NCBI GenBank assembly: GCA_964416495.1
Contig: CAYQEI010000001.1
Coordinates: forward strand, 1 to 36,675
Direction: 5' to 3'
Length of the DNA: 36,675 nt
DNA from: an uncultured Gammaproteobacteria bacterium
Lineage (GTDB): Bacteria; Patescibacteriota; Patescibacteriia; Patescibacteriales; UBA12465
Each line of letters starts with the position of its first letter. The first letter of the stretch is position 1. The notes under the pieces were generated by a model. That model was not told where the DNA came from, made no database searches, and was given only the letters and a program-made list of their open reading frames with translations. A program made the translations under genes and the position numbers. Below, piece by piece: positions 1 to 7,104 of this stretch.

Positions 1-61
1 ATTCTTACCTAGTCTTAGCCACACTAGTTCGAACTTCGTCCACGACCCCGAGCATCTCATA

Positions 62-88
62 AAACACCTATATTTACAGGTGTTTTTT
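62..88 (+). terminator. Rho-independent terminator-like hairpin after an unidentified element that runs off the 5-prime edge
   Basis: ACACCT (64-69) pairs with AGGTGT (78-83), 8-nt loop, then a T6 run (83-88). Confidence 0.55.
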
Positions 89-159
89 CGTTTACCCCCC
101 CTTTTTTTAAAGCTAAATATATGCTATAATTTAGTTATAATTAAATTAACTTTGTATTC

Positions 160-807
160 ATGGAAAAAGATTTAAAAACCCTAGAGACAGGTAAGCTGGG
201 GAAAAAATTTAAACGTAAGTTTAATTTTTTAGAATTGTATTCTGCTCTTGTTTTTACCCCGAGAGCAATGATGAGACTAGTTAAAAATAATAGAGATAAT
301 TTAGTTAGTAAAGATTTTATAGAACACTTACAGTTAGCAGTAACTGAGGTAAATGGTTGTCCGGCTTGTTCATATCAACACACTAAAATGGCCTTGCGCC
401 AAGGGATGAGTAATGAAGAGATATCAAGCTTTCTAAGTGGCGGTGATCAATTCATTAAAACAGAGGAGGCAAGAGCAATAATGTTTGTTCAGCATTTTGC
501 TGAATCAAGGGGGTTTCCTAAAAAATATAGTTATGAGTTGATTGTTGAAGAATATGGAGAAAAACGTGCCTCTATTATTCTTTCAGCTGCTCAAGTTATG
601 ATCGCTGGAAATATTTATGGTATTCCATATAGCGCCTTTCAATCTAGGATGAGGGGCCAGAAATATCAAGATAGTTCGCTACTATATGAATTAGGGATGC
701 TGCTAGGTGGGTTACTTATTTTACCAATTGCAATAATCCATAGCTTATTTCAAGCACTAATTGGTAAAGCTAATAAAAAATTTGATAGTAGTGTAATTAA
801 TGAATAA
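160..807 (+). CDS. Carboxymuconolactone decarboxylase / AhpD-like family protein with a C-terminal hydrophobic helix
   Basis: 215-aa ORF. VNGCPACSYQHTKMAL carries the CxxC..H signature of the CMD/AhpD-like family. The C-terminus has a TM-like segment (LLYELGMLLGGLLILPIAIIHSLF). An extended -10 element TGcTATAAT lies at 122-130. Confidence 0.65.
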   Translation: MEKDLKTLETGKLGKKFKRKFNFLELYSALVFTPRAMMRLVKNNRDNLVSKDFIEHLQLAVTEVNGCPACSYQHTKMALRQGMSNEEISSFLSGGDQFIKTEEARAIMFVQHFAESRGFPKKYSYELIVEEYGEKRASIILSAAQVMIAGNIYGIPYSAFQSRMRGQKYQDSSLLYELGMLLGGLLILPIAIIHSLFQALIGKANKKFDSSVINE

Positions 808-1099
808 GTTATTTATTAATAATAAAATTATGAAATTTGTTCATACACGTTAAGCTTAATTTTTATAATAGGGAAATCGGCCTTTATATATCCCCGAACA
901 AGAATCAACACGGGAAAATAAAGGCTGAAACCTAAATAAAGAAAAAAGCGCCCGAATATGTCCCCACCAGCTTTTTAAGGAGCTTAAATTTGATATTTTA
1001 ATTATAATGCTGGATAAGTAAATTTTCAAGCATAAAATCTTATTTATTATTAGCCATCCACGTCCGAAAGCTGTCTCTCCAAGCGAGCAAATAATATAA

Positions 1100-1124
1100 A
1101 TGCCCGTAGAAGGGGCATTTTTTG
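1100..1124 (+). terminator. Rho-independent terminator-like hairpin inside a long non-coding gap
   Basis: ATGCCC (1100-1105) pairs with GGGCAT (1113-1118), 7-nt loop, then a T6 run. No ORF of 60 aa or more ends here. Confidence 0.5.
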
Positions 1125-1266
1125 TTCCATCCCTTCCTAGAGGTAGGCAAAACTCACCTCAGACTTTCTCATAGGGGATTCTCCGGAAGCCTAGGTGTAT
1201 ATTGTCGTACTTTGGTATATTATTAGTAAAAAGCCGCCATATGTCTGTACACATTACCGAAAATCA

Positions 1267-1295
1267 TTGACAAAAGTAAATTTATATACTATATT
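1267..1295 (+). promoter_or_regulatory. Sigma-70-like promoter
   Basis: TTGACA (1267-1272), 17-nt spacer, TATATT (1290-1295), about 80 nt upstream of the ATG at 1376. Confidence 0.45.
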
Positions 1296-1375
1296 ATTTT
1301 ATTAAATTTGTTCATTAAAAAAAATTATTATTAATTAAAAAAAGTCCTACGAGTAAAGTAGTAGGCAATTAAGTA

Positions 1376-1657
1376 ATGAAAGAAAAAATAGCTTTATTAT
1401 TGTTATTATTTGTGACTACAGTTTGTAGTGCGCAAATAAAATTAGAAGCCAATGGTGATGGTGATTATCGAGTAGAAGAGAAGGAATGGAGGTCATCGGA
1501 AATAACTGCTGAGCCCGATGCTCTTCAATATCTTGAAAGATTTTCACAGGCTATCGAAAGCCCTGGAACTCCAATCTTGGTAGGAAAGGAGATAGAAATT
1601 TTAAGATTAAAACCAGTATTTAAAATACTGGTGGAGGCCGACATAAATATTGTATAA
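1376..1657 (+). CDS. Small secreted hypothetical protein
   Basis: 93-aa ORF with an N-terminal signal-peptide-like segment (MKEKIALLLLLFVTTVCSA|Q). No family recognised. Confidence 0.45.
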   Translation: MKEKIALLLLLFVTTVCSAQIKLEANGDGDYRVEEKEWRSSEITAEPDALQYLERFSQAIESPGTPILVGKEIEILRLKPVFKILVEADINIV

Positions 1658-1670
1658 TATTGTGTTTAGA

Positions 1671-1716
1671 AAGTCAACATTGATAGTTTGACTTTTGGGC
1701 ATAGATTGTATATAAT
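1671..1716 (+). promoter_or_regulatory. Near-consensus promoter with an inverted-repeat operator candidate, upstream of the TA pair
   Basis: TTGACT (1688-1693), 17-nt spacer, TATAAT (1711-1716). A perfect 7-bp inverted repeat AAGTCAA (1671-1677) / TTGACTT (1688-1694) with a 10-nt spacer overlaps the -35 element. Confidence 0.55.
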
Positions 1717-1743
1717 AGCTGTGTAAATAATAACAATATCAAT

Positions 1744-2433
1744 ATGGCTAACCAATACTACAAATTAATAAAAAAACTGCGGATTGAGAGAGGTTTATCT
1801 CAAGCTATTATTGCTAAAAAAATTGGAGTTGGGAGGAATACTTATATTTCTTTTGAACAGGGTAAATCAGAATTGAAGTTATCAGAAATTATTAAATTAT
1901 CTGATAATTTGGGTATCTCATTGGAAGAAATAAAAAGTGGATTTAAACCAAACTATCCCAAATATAAACAAATGATCTTAGCCTTTTTAAGATCTAAAGA
2001 AGGCGTTGGTGGTAAAATCACTAAAACAAAATTAGCCAAATTATTATATTTAGCGGATTTTACTTGGTTTTATAAAAAATTGGAAAGCATGAGTGGCCTT
2101 TCATATCGCAAAATACAATTTGGTCCGGTTCCTGATTACTATTTTAGGGCCATAGATGAGTTATTTAAGGAAGGTGTTATCGATATTGATAATAAAACTA
2201 AGGATGGTGTCTTTTTAATTTATCAAACTAGATCTGGTGGATATAAAAAACTAACGGATTTAGATATTCCTGAGAAAAAATTAATCAAGGATATATCTTT
2301 AAGATGGAAAGATAAAAGAACGCAGGATATTGTAAATTTCACCCATAACCAGCTACCTTACCTTATCTGTGGTGATAACGAAATTATCCCCTATAGCTTA
2401 ATTACTCAAGAAGACCCAGGACATGTCTACTAA
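1744..2433 (+). CDS. XRE-family HTH fused to a Panacea/SocA (DUF4065) antitoxin domain
   Basis: The N-terminus (RIERGLSQAIIAKKIGVGRNTYISFEQGK) is a Cro/C1-type HTH. The central segment (KTKLAKLLYLADFTWF...YRKIQFGPVPDYY) matches the DUF4065 signature as I remember it (KLxKLLY.aD ... GPV). Confidence 0.75.
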   Translation: MANQYYKLIKKLRIERGLSQAIIAKKIGVGRNTYISFEQGKSELKLSEIIKLSDNLGISLEEIKSGFKPNYPKYKQMILAFLRSKEGVGGKITKTKLAKLLYLADFTWFYKKLESMSGLSYRKIQFGPVPDYYFRAIDELFKEGVIDIDNKTKDGVFLIYQTRSGGYKKLTDLDIPEKKLIKDISLRWKDKRTQDIVNFTHNQLPYLICGDNEIIPYSLITQEDPGHVY

Positions 2434-2821
2434 TTATTGCGTTGTTATCGAAAAATATGCCGAGAAGTATTATATTAAAAGTTTTAGTAAAAAATATCGT
2501 AAAGCTTGGGATGTTACAATGGAGGCTTTAAAAAGGGAGCTACAGAGTTTTGAAGTACTTTTACTTAAAAGTATCGCTAAAGTAATAGTTGAAAATGAAG
2601 AATTCAGGATATCTAAAGTTGAGTTTAAAGTCGCTGGCACGAATAAGTCTCGACACGGATCTGGAAATCGCTGTATCGTAGCCGTTGATAATAAAAATAA
2701 TGTTGCTAAAATACTTTTACTTTACCACAAGAGTCATCTCGGAGGTGGCAATGAAACTACTAAGTGGAAACAAATGGTAAAAGAAAACTACTCAGAATAT
2801 AAAAATGTATTTACTCTTTGA
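2423..2821 (+). CDS. Putative toxin partner, RelE/HigB (Gp49-like) fold candidate
   Basis: 132-aa ORF overlapping the antitoxin gene by 11 nt. SRHGSGNRCIVAVDNKNNVAKILLLYHKS resembles the G-G-x-R-v-I-y ... v-l-L-x-x-Y-x-K-s core of HigB/RelE-type toxins. The N-terminal AEKYYIKSFSKKYRK resembles the usual Aekdlkkl opening. Confidence 0.5.
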   Translation: MSTNYCVVIEKYAEKYYIKSFSKKYRKAWDVTMEALKRELQSFEVLLLKSIAKVIVENEEFRISKVEFKVAGTNKSRHGSGNRCIVAVDNKNNVAKILLLYHKSHLGGGNETTKWKQMVKENYSEYKNVFTL

Positions 2822-2960
2822 TTCATTTAAAATTTTATGTTATTTTAGAGGTGTAATTAGTAAATGAATATATGGCTAGATACAATAAACAAAGTTATAA
2901 AAATGATAACGAAGAAAGAGTGGGGGGCCTCATTTCTGGCTTGCTTGTTTTTTTCTAGTT

Positions 2961-3733
2961 ATGCTGTTTATCTCTTATACTGTTAGCATAAAAGCTCTTC
3001 TTACCACCTTAGCCGTAGAAATAGGAATAGTATTATTTACTGCATTGTTAATAAGTGCCTCTAAAAGGAAGAAAGAGAGAGTTAAGAAAGAGAAGGTAGA
3101 AAACATATTAGATGCTATTCATCAAGCTGGGCTTGAGGAATATATTAATAACTTTATAACTCGTTTCGGGCTTGGCCAGGAAAAATCTAAAAACGTTTGG
3201 GTCCGAAGAAATTATAAAATCAGTTGGGATAGGATAAATGACCTTAAAGATTTTCTATATCAAAAAGGGATTAATTTTTCTTCTTCAGAAATTGGTATTC
3301 TGTTAGCTAACTATATTGATAAGAGGGAGTTTGACCTGACAGTCAACACCATTAGCACTAATACTAGTAATTTTTCAAAGTTAAGTGGAACTGATTTTGA
3401 GCATTTATTGTATCGGCTTTATGAAGCGATGGACTATTCTGTCTTAGCTAGCGGTAGGGTAGGTGATTAGGGAGGAGACTTAGTGGCTACTAAGGGTAAT
3501 GAGAGGATCTTAATCCAAGCAAAATGTTATCGAAATCAGAGTGTTGGTAATAGCGCTGTTCAAGAAGCTGTTTCTGCTAAAAACCACTACGACTGCAGCA
3601 AGGCTGTAGTTATAACAACCAGTTTTTTACTAAAGAAGCAATAGAGTTAGCGAAGACTAACAAAGTAGAGTTGATTCCTAAAGATTTACTCCAAACAATG
3701 CTTTTAGATAATTTAAAAGAAAGTTGGAATTAA
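2961..3733 (+). pseudogene. Membrane-anchored Mrr-like (Mrr_cat) restriction endonuclease, disrupted
   Basis: GTDFEHLLYRLYEAMDYSV..GRVGD*GGDLVATKGNERILIQAKCYRNQSVGNSAVQEAV...AVVITTS matches the Mrr_cat D...QxK core. There is an in-frame TAG at 3468-3470. Restoring the C-terminus (FFTKEAIELAKTNKVELIPKDLL...SWN*, ending 3733) requires one extra T in the T6 run at about 3622-3627. Confidence 0.75.
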
Positions 3734-3925
3734 AGACTTGTTAACTTAAGATAAACTGCTTAGCAAATAAGATCTTAACCCCTAAATTACAGAGTTTACT
3801 TGTATTTTATAGAAAATATTGACTAAATTAGCTCTAGATTAATAAACTTGGCCTTAAGTGCCTTATTTTTTATCTTTAAAACATAGCTTAACTCGGCGTG
3901 TTTCCATTATAATTCAAGTTAAACA

Positions 3926-3954
3926 TTGACAGAAATCTATAAATATGATATAAT
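3926..3954 (+). promoter_or_regulatory. Consensus sigma-70 promoter with extended -10
   Basis: TTGACA (3926-3931), 17-nt spacer, TGaTATAAT (3946-3954). Confidence 0.6.
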
Positions 3955-4009
3955 ACTAGCATAGTTAAGTTGAACTTTTAAAAAATACGGTCAAGGAGGG
4001 CCGTACAAT

Positions 4010-4267
4010 ATGAAAAAAATAGAAATCAATTTTAACACATACATTATAGCACTCTTGAGTGCTGCGGTTTTTCCGCGTTGGTATGTGTCGGGAATCGTTA
4101 TTCTCTCAATTGTCTTGCTAATAGGGCTTATAAAGGGCCCACCGAGACAGAGGGGAGAAAAAGTAATTAGGAAAAGGTTTTGGCCCTATATTTTGGGCCA
4201 GGCACTTAGCATATTGCTAGGATGCCTTACCTTTGTCGCTTTGATGTATCTCAAGCGACATTTCTAA
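4010..4267 (+). CDS. Small two-TM membrane protein, hypothetical
   Basis: 85-aa ORF with two hydrophobic stretches. An AAGGAGG Shine-Dalgarno lies at 3993-3999. Confidence 0.5.
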   Translation: MKKIEINFNTYIIALLSAAVFPRWYVSGIVILSIVLLIGLIKGPPRQRGEKVIRKRFWPYILGQALSILLGCLTFVALMYLKRHF

Positions 4268-4273
4268 TTATAC

Positions 4274-4305
4274 AGGATCCAAGACAATTCGAGGATCCTT
4301 TTTTA
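4274..4305 (+). terminator. Rho-independent terminator
   Basis: AGGATCC (4274-4280) pairs with GGATCCT (4293-4299), 12-nt loop, then a T run to 4305. Confidence 0.6.
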
Positions 4306-4368
4306 TTACCTAAATTGATAATTAATGCATTTTGTGATAATTTAGTAGAGTAATTTAAAGACTTTTTT

Positions 4369-5466
4369 ATGGAAAAATCTTTTTTTCATGTTGAGCATGT
4401 AAAAACAATACTAAGTGACAAACTGCAGGCCTTTGGCGTTGATGATTATGTTTTAAACAAATATAGTCAGCTCATCAATAATATTGAATTTATTAATATT
4501 AATCTAGATAAAGATCCGGCCAAGTTACACCTTAAGATGGTGGCAGCTTTATTTTCTCGCCAAGCCGAAAATAATAAAACTTTTCTCAAAAATATTATTC
4601 AACAAGCTGAGCTTGAAGAAATCGATAAGATAATAGTAAGTGACTATAATGAAGATGATGATTTGGGGTTAGAGCAAGTCAAGCTAGAAAACATTGATTT
4701 TGATTTTGGTACTAATAGACGGGTCAATAAAATTGACTGTTTTTTAAAGGATGATAAAGAGATAGCCTTTACTCTTTCAACTGATTTAAGGCAAGTAAGT
4801 GAGCAAGAAAGTAATACCTATTTAGAAAAACAAGTACTTGAAACAGATCAAGCTAAAGCTAACCCTATCTTACAAGACTTATATGGTTATTTTGAACGCG
4901 ACTTTTCTGGTCAGACTGGTCGCTTTATTGCAAAAGAATATCTTCCAGGAAAAAATATTGCTCATTATCTCAAAGACTTGGAGTTAGAAGCTGATTATGT
5001 GAGTGAGTACTACAATATTAGCAATGACTTAGCCTATACTATGGCTAAGATGTATCAAGCTGGTAAAGGTAAGCTACTCTCAGATTTGAAGCTAGAGAAT
5101 CTAATCTATAATTACATTAATCCCGATGAAGTGGAGTACTCTTGTCGCGTCTGTGATAATGCTGGTCCTTATTTAGATCAAGCCAAAGAAAGCAGTGTTG
5201 AGCAAATTCTTTCTCAGCTACAAAGTTTACTTTCTTATCTACACCTCCACAAACTTAGGTTAAAGCAAGAGAATTTAGCTGAGGATATTAGCCAGGAAGA
5301 GATGGTAGCACAATACCTTGATACTTTCTGGACTAATCTTGATGATGACTCCAAAAATATTTTCTATCAAACCCTATTAGCTAGGGAAAAGGGTTCTAAA
5401 CCTGATCTTTTTTCAATTGATGCAGACTTAGAGGCCTTTGTTGTTAGTTATTTAAATAATCTATAG
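4369..5466 (+). CDS. Hypothetical protein with a divergent protein-kinase-like C-terminal half
   Basis: 365-aa ORF. LLSDLKLENLIYN resembles the catalytic loop h-x-D-L-K-x-x-N-i-l. RVCDNAG sits at the DFG-like position. FIAKEYLPGKNIAHYL resembles the hinge region. Confidence 0.35.
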   Translation: MEKSFFHVEHVKTILSDKLQAFGVDDYVLNKYSQLINNIEFININLDKDPAKLHLKMVAALFSRQAENNKTFLKNIIQQAELEEIDKIIVSDYNEDDDLGLEQVKLENIDFDFGTNRRVNKIDCFLKDDKEIAFTLSTDLRQVSEQESNTYLEKQVLETDQAKANPILQDLYGYFERDFSGQTGRFIAKEYLPGKNIAHYLKDLELEADYVSEYYNISNDLAYTMAKMYQAGKGKLLSDLKLENLIYNYINPDEVEYSCRVCDNAGPYLDQAKESSVEQILSQLQSLLSYLHLHKLRLKQENLAEDISQEEMVAQYLDTFWTNLDDDSKNIFYQTLLAREKGSKPDLFSIDADLEAFVVSYLNNL

Positions 5467-5467
5467 T

Positions 5468-6748
5468 ATGAAGAAATATATAATTTTAGCAGTGCTGTTT
5501 ACTGGCATTGTTGTAGTTTTAGTTTTAGTTTTACCCAAATCTAAACTAAGTCCAGAAGAGAATAGTAGCCAAGACTCATCAGCTAACTTAGGCTTAGAGG
5601 AAGAGGAGATTGAATCTAATTTCAATCAGTCCGTTGTTGACCTAGAGCTTAGCCCGCAAGATATGGCAGAGATCGATGTTGACTCAGTCAATATTGACGC
5701 GGTTGCAGTCGGCACAGTTGAGCCCGAAGTTTTGCTAACTACTGTAGCAGAAAATTTGCTAGTGCCTTGGTCTGTAGTCTTCTTGCCCAGTGGTGAAATT
5801 TTGATTTCTGAGCGGTCTGGTAATATCCGTTTAGTTGATAAAGCAGGGGTTTTGCAGGCCAATCCAATTTTTGAGATTCAAGAAGCGATTGAATACGGGG
5901 AAGGTGGTTTGCTGGGTCTAGCTCTACATCCTAATTTTATTGAAAATGGCTTTATCTATGCTTATTATACCTACAAACCAGATAGTAATTACTACAATAA
6001 AGTCGTTCGCTATCGTTACCAGAATGGTAATTTTGATTTCTCAAAAGTAATTATTGACAAGATCCCCGCCGCTTTCTATCATGACGGCGGTCGGATGATT
6101 TTTGGTCCTAATGGTTATTTATTTATTACTACCGGTGATGCCCAGAATTCTAATTTAGCTCAAGACAAGGATTCATTAGCAGGGAAGATTTTACGACTCA
6201 GCGATGATGGTGGTATTGCTCCGGGCAATCCTTTTGCTAGCGCAGTTTATTCCTATGGACACCGCAATCCCCAAGGACTTGCTTTTGATAGCTATGGCCG
6301 GCTCTGGTCAACTGAACATGGTCGCTCAGGGGTATTATCTGGTCTAGATGAACTTAATTTAATTAAGATCGGTGCTAACTATGGTTGGCCGACTATAGAG
6401 GGAGATAAGAGTCACTCTGGAATGGAGAATCCAGTTGCTCACTCAGGTGAAGATTATACTTGGGCACCATCAGCAGCTCTTTACTACCGGGGTTATATTA
6501 TTTTTACCGGTTTAGGGGGCGAAGCTTTGTATGTTGCTAATGTTGAGACTAATGAGACGGTAAGAGTAACTGAATTTTTTAAAGAAGAGTTCGGTCGGGT
6601 AAGGGAAGTTGCCTTAGGCCCTGATAATAATATTTATATTTTAACTAACAATACTGACGGTAGGGGTCGCCTGCGTACAGGAGATGATAAGTTAATTAAA
6701 ATTAATTCTAATTTATTCCTTCAGCAAATAAATGAGCGCTATTACTAA
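5468..6748 (+). CDS. PQQ-dependent sugar (glucose/sorbosone) dehydrogenase family beta-propeller, membrane-anchored or secreted
   Basis: LVPWSVVFLPSGEILISERSGNIRLV, GGLLGLALHPNF, HDGGRMIFGPNGYLFITTGD, GKILRL, YSYGHRNPQGLAFD and ANYGWP are typical sGDH-family motifs. There is an N-terminal TM/signal segment. Confidence 0.8.
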   Translation: MKKYIILAVLFTGIVVVLVLVLPKSKLSPEENSSQDSSANLGLEEEEIESNFNQSVVDLELSPQDMAEIDVDSVNIDAVAVGTVEPEVLLTTVAENLLVPWSVVFLPSGEILISERSGNIRLVDKAGVLQANPIFEIQEAIEYGEGGLLGLALHPNFIENGFIYAYYTYKPDSNYYNKVVRYRYQNGNFDFSKVIIDKIPAAFYHDGGRMIFGPNGYLFITTGDAQNSNLAQDKDSLAGKILRLSDDGGIAPGNPFASAVYSYGHRNPQGLAFDSYGRLWSTEHGRSGVLSGLDELNLIKIGANYGWPTIEGDKSHSGMENPVAHSGEDYTWAPSAALYYRGYIIFTGLGGEALYVANVETNETVRVTEFFKEEFGRVREVALGPDNNIYILTNNTDGRGRLRTGDDKLIKINSNLFLQQINERYY

Positions 6749-7049
6749 TTTCTCTCACTTGGTTTATCAAGCCACTAAAAAGATTCCCAAAGGTAGAGTT
6801 AGCACCTATGCCTTGTTAGCTCATCACTTAGGCAATGATAGGGCTAGTCGGGCGGTTGGCAATGCCTTGAATAAAAACCCCTATGCTCCTATAGTGCCTT
6901 GCCACCGCGTTGTCAAAAGCACTGGTGAGCTTGGTGGCTTTGCTTCCGGGCCAAGAGACAAAAAAGCACTATTAGAAAAAGAAGGGGTGCTAATTAAGCA
7001 GGGTAGAGTCCTTAACTTTGCTCAAATTGTTTACAGATTTGGCGATTAG
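6732..7049 (+). CDS. ogt: MGMT-family methylated-DNA--protein-cysteine methyltransferase (short, C-terminal domain only)
   Basis: 105 aa with the active-site PCHRVV motif and the upstream NxxxxxPCHR context. Overlaps the preceding gene by 17 nt. Confidence 0.8.
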   Translation: MSAITNFSHLVYQATKKIPKGRVSTYALLAHHLGNDRASRAVGNALNKNPYAPIVPCHRVVKSTGELGGFASGPRDKKALLEKEGVLIKQGRVLNFAQIVYRFGD

Positions 7050-7057
7050 ACCTTCTC

Positions 7058-7100
7058 TTTACAAGTGAACGATTGTTTACTATAATTAAATAGTAAACAA
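7058..7100 (+). promoter_or_regulatory. lexA promoter with overlapping inverted-repeat operator candidate
   Basis: TTTACA (7058-7063), 17-nt spacer, TATAAT (7081-7086). A perfect 10-bp inverted repeat TTGTTTACTA (7073-7082) / TAGTAAACAA (7091-7100) spans the -10. A Cheo-box-like GAACgattGTTT lies at 7067-7078. Confidence 0.55.
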
Positions 7101-7104
7101 ATTC

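Noticed and set aside
1-60. Possible 3-prime end of a tRNA or tmRNA. The segment is relatively GC-rich, contains GTTCGAA and is followed by a terminator.
   Set aside because: No 5-bp T-stem flanks the TTCGA-like loop, and there is no acceptor or CCA-like end. AGTTCGAACT is just a short palindrome. It could equally be the last 19 codons of a protein gene (frame 3, TAA at 60-62). There is too little sequence to decide.
3468-3470. TAG inside the Mrr-like gene as a recoded sense codon or programmed readthrough.
   Set aside because: TAG clearly terminates other well-conserved genes here (for example at 5464-5466 and 30286-30288). The same gene also carries a frameshift, so decay or sequencing error is the simpler explanation.
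5626-5862. Antisense ORF (78 aa) inside the sugar dehydrogenase gene. The same applies to 7194-7397, 13401-13604, 14966-15169, 18567-18755, 18924-19229, 20749-20937, 28732-28932 and 34639-34917 on the minus strand.
   Set aside because: All lie wholly within strongly supported + strand genes. They have Ser/Thr/Leu-rich low-complexity translations typical of shadow frames, and no start context or family signal.
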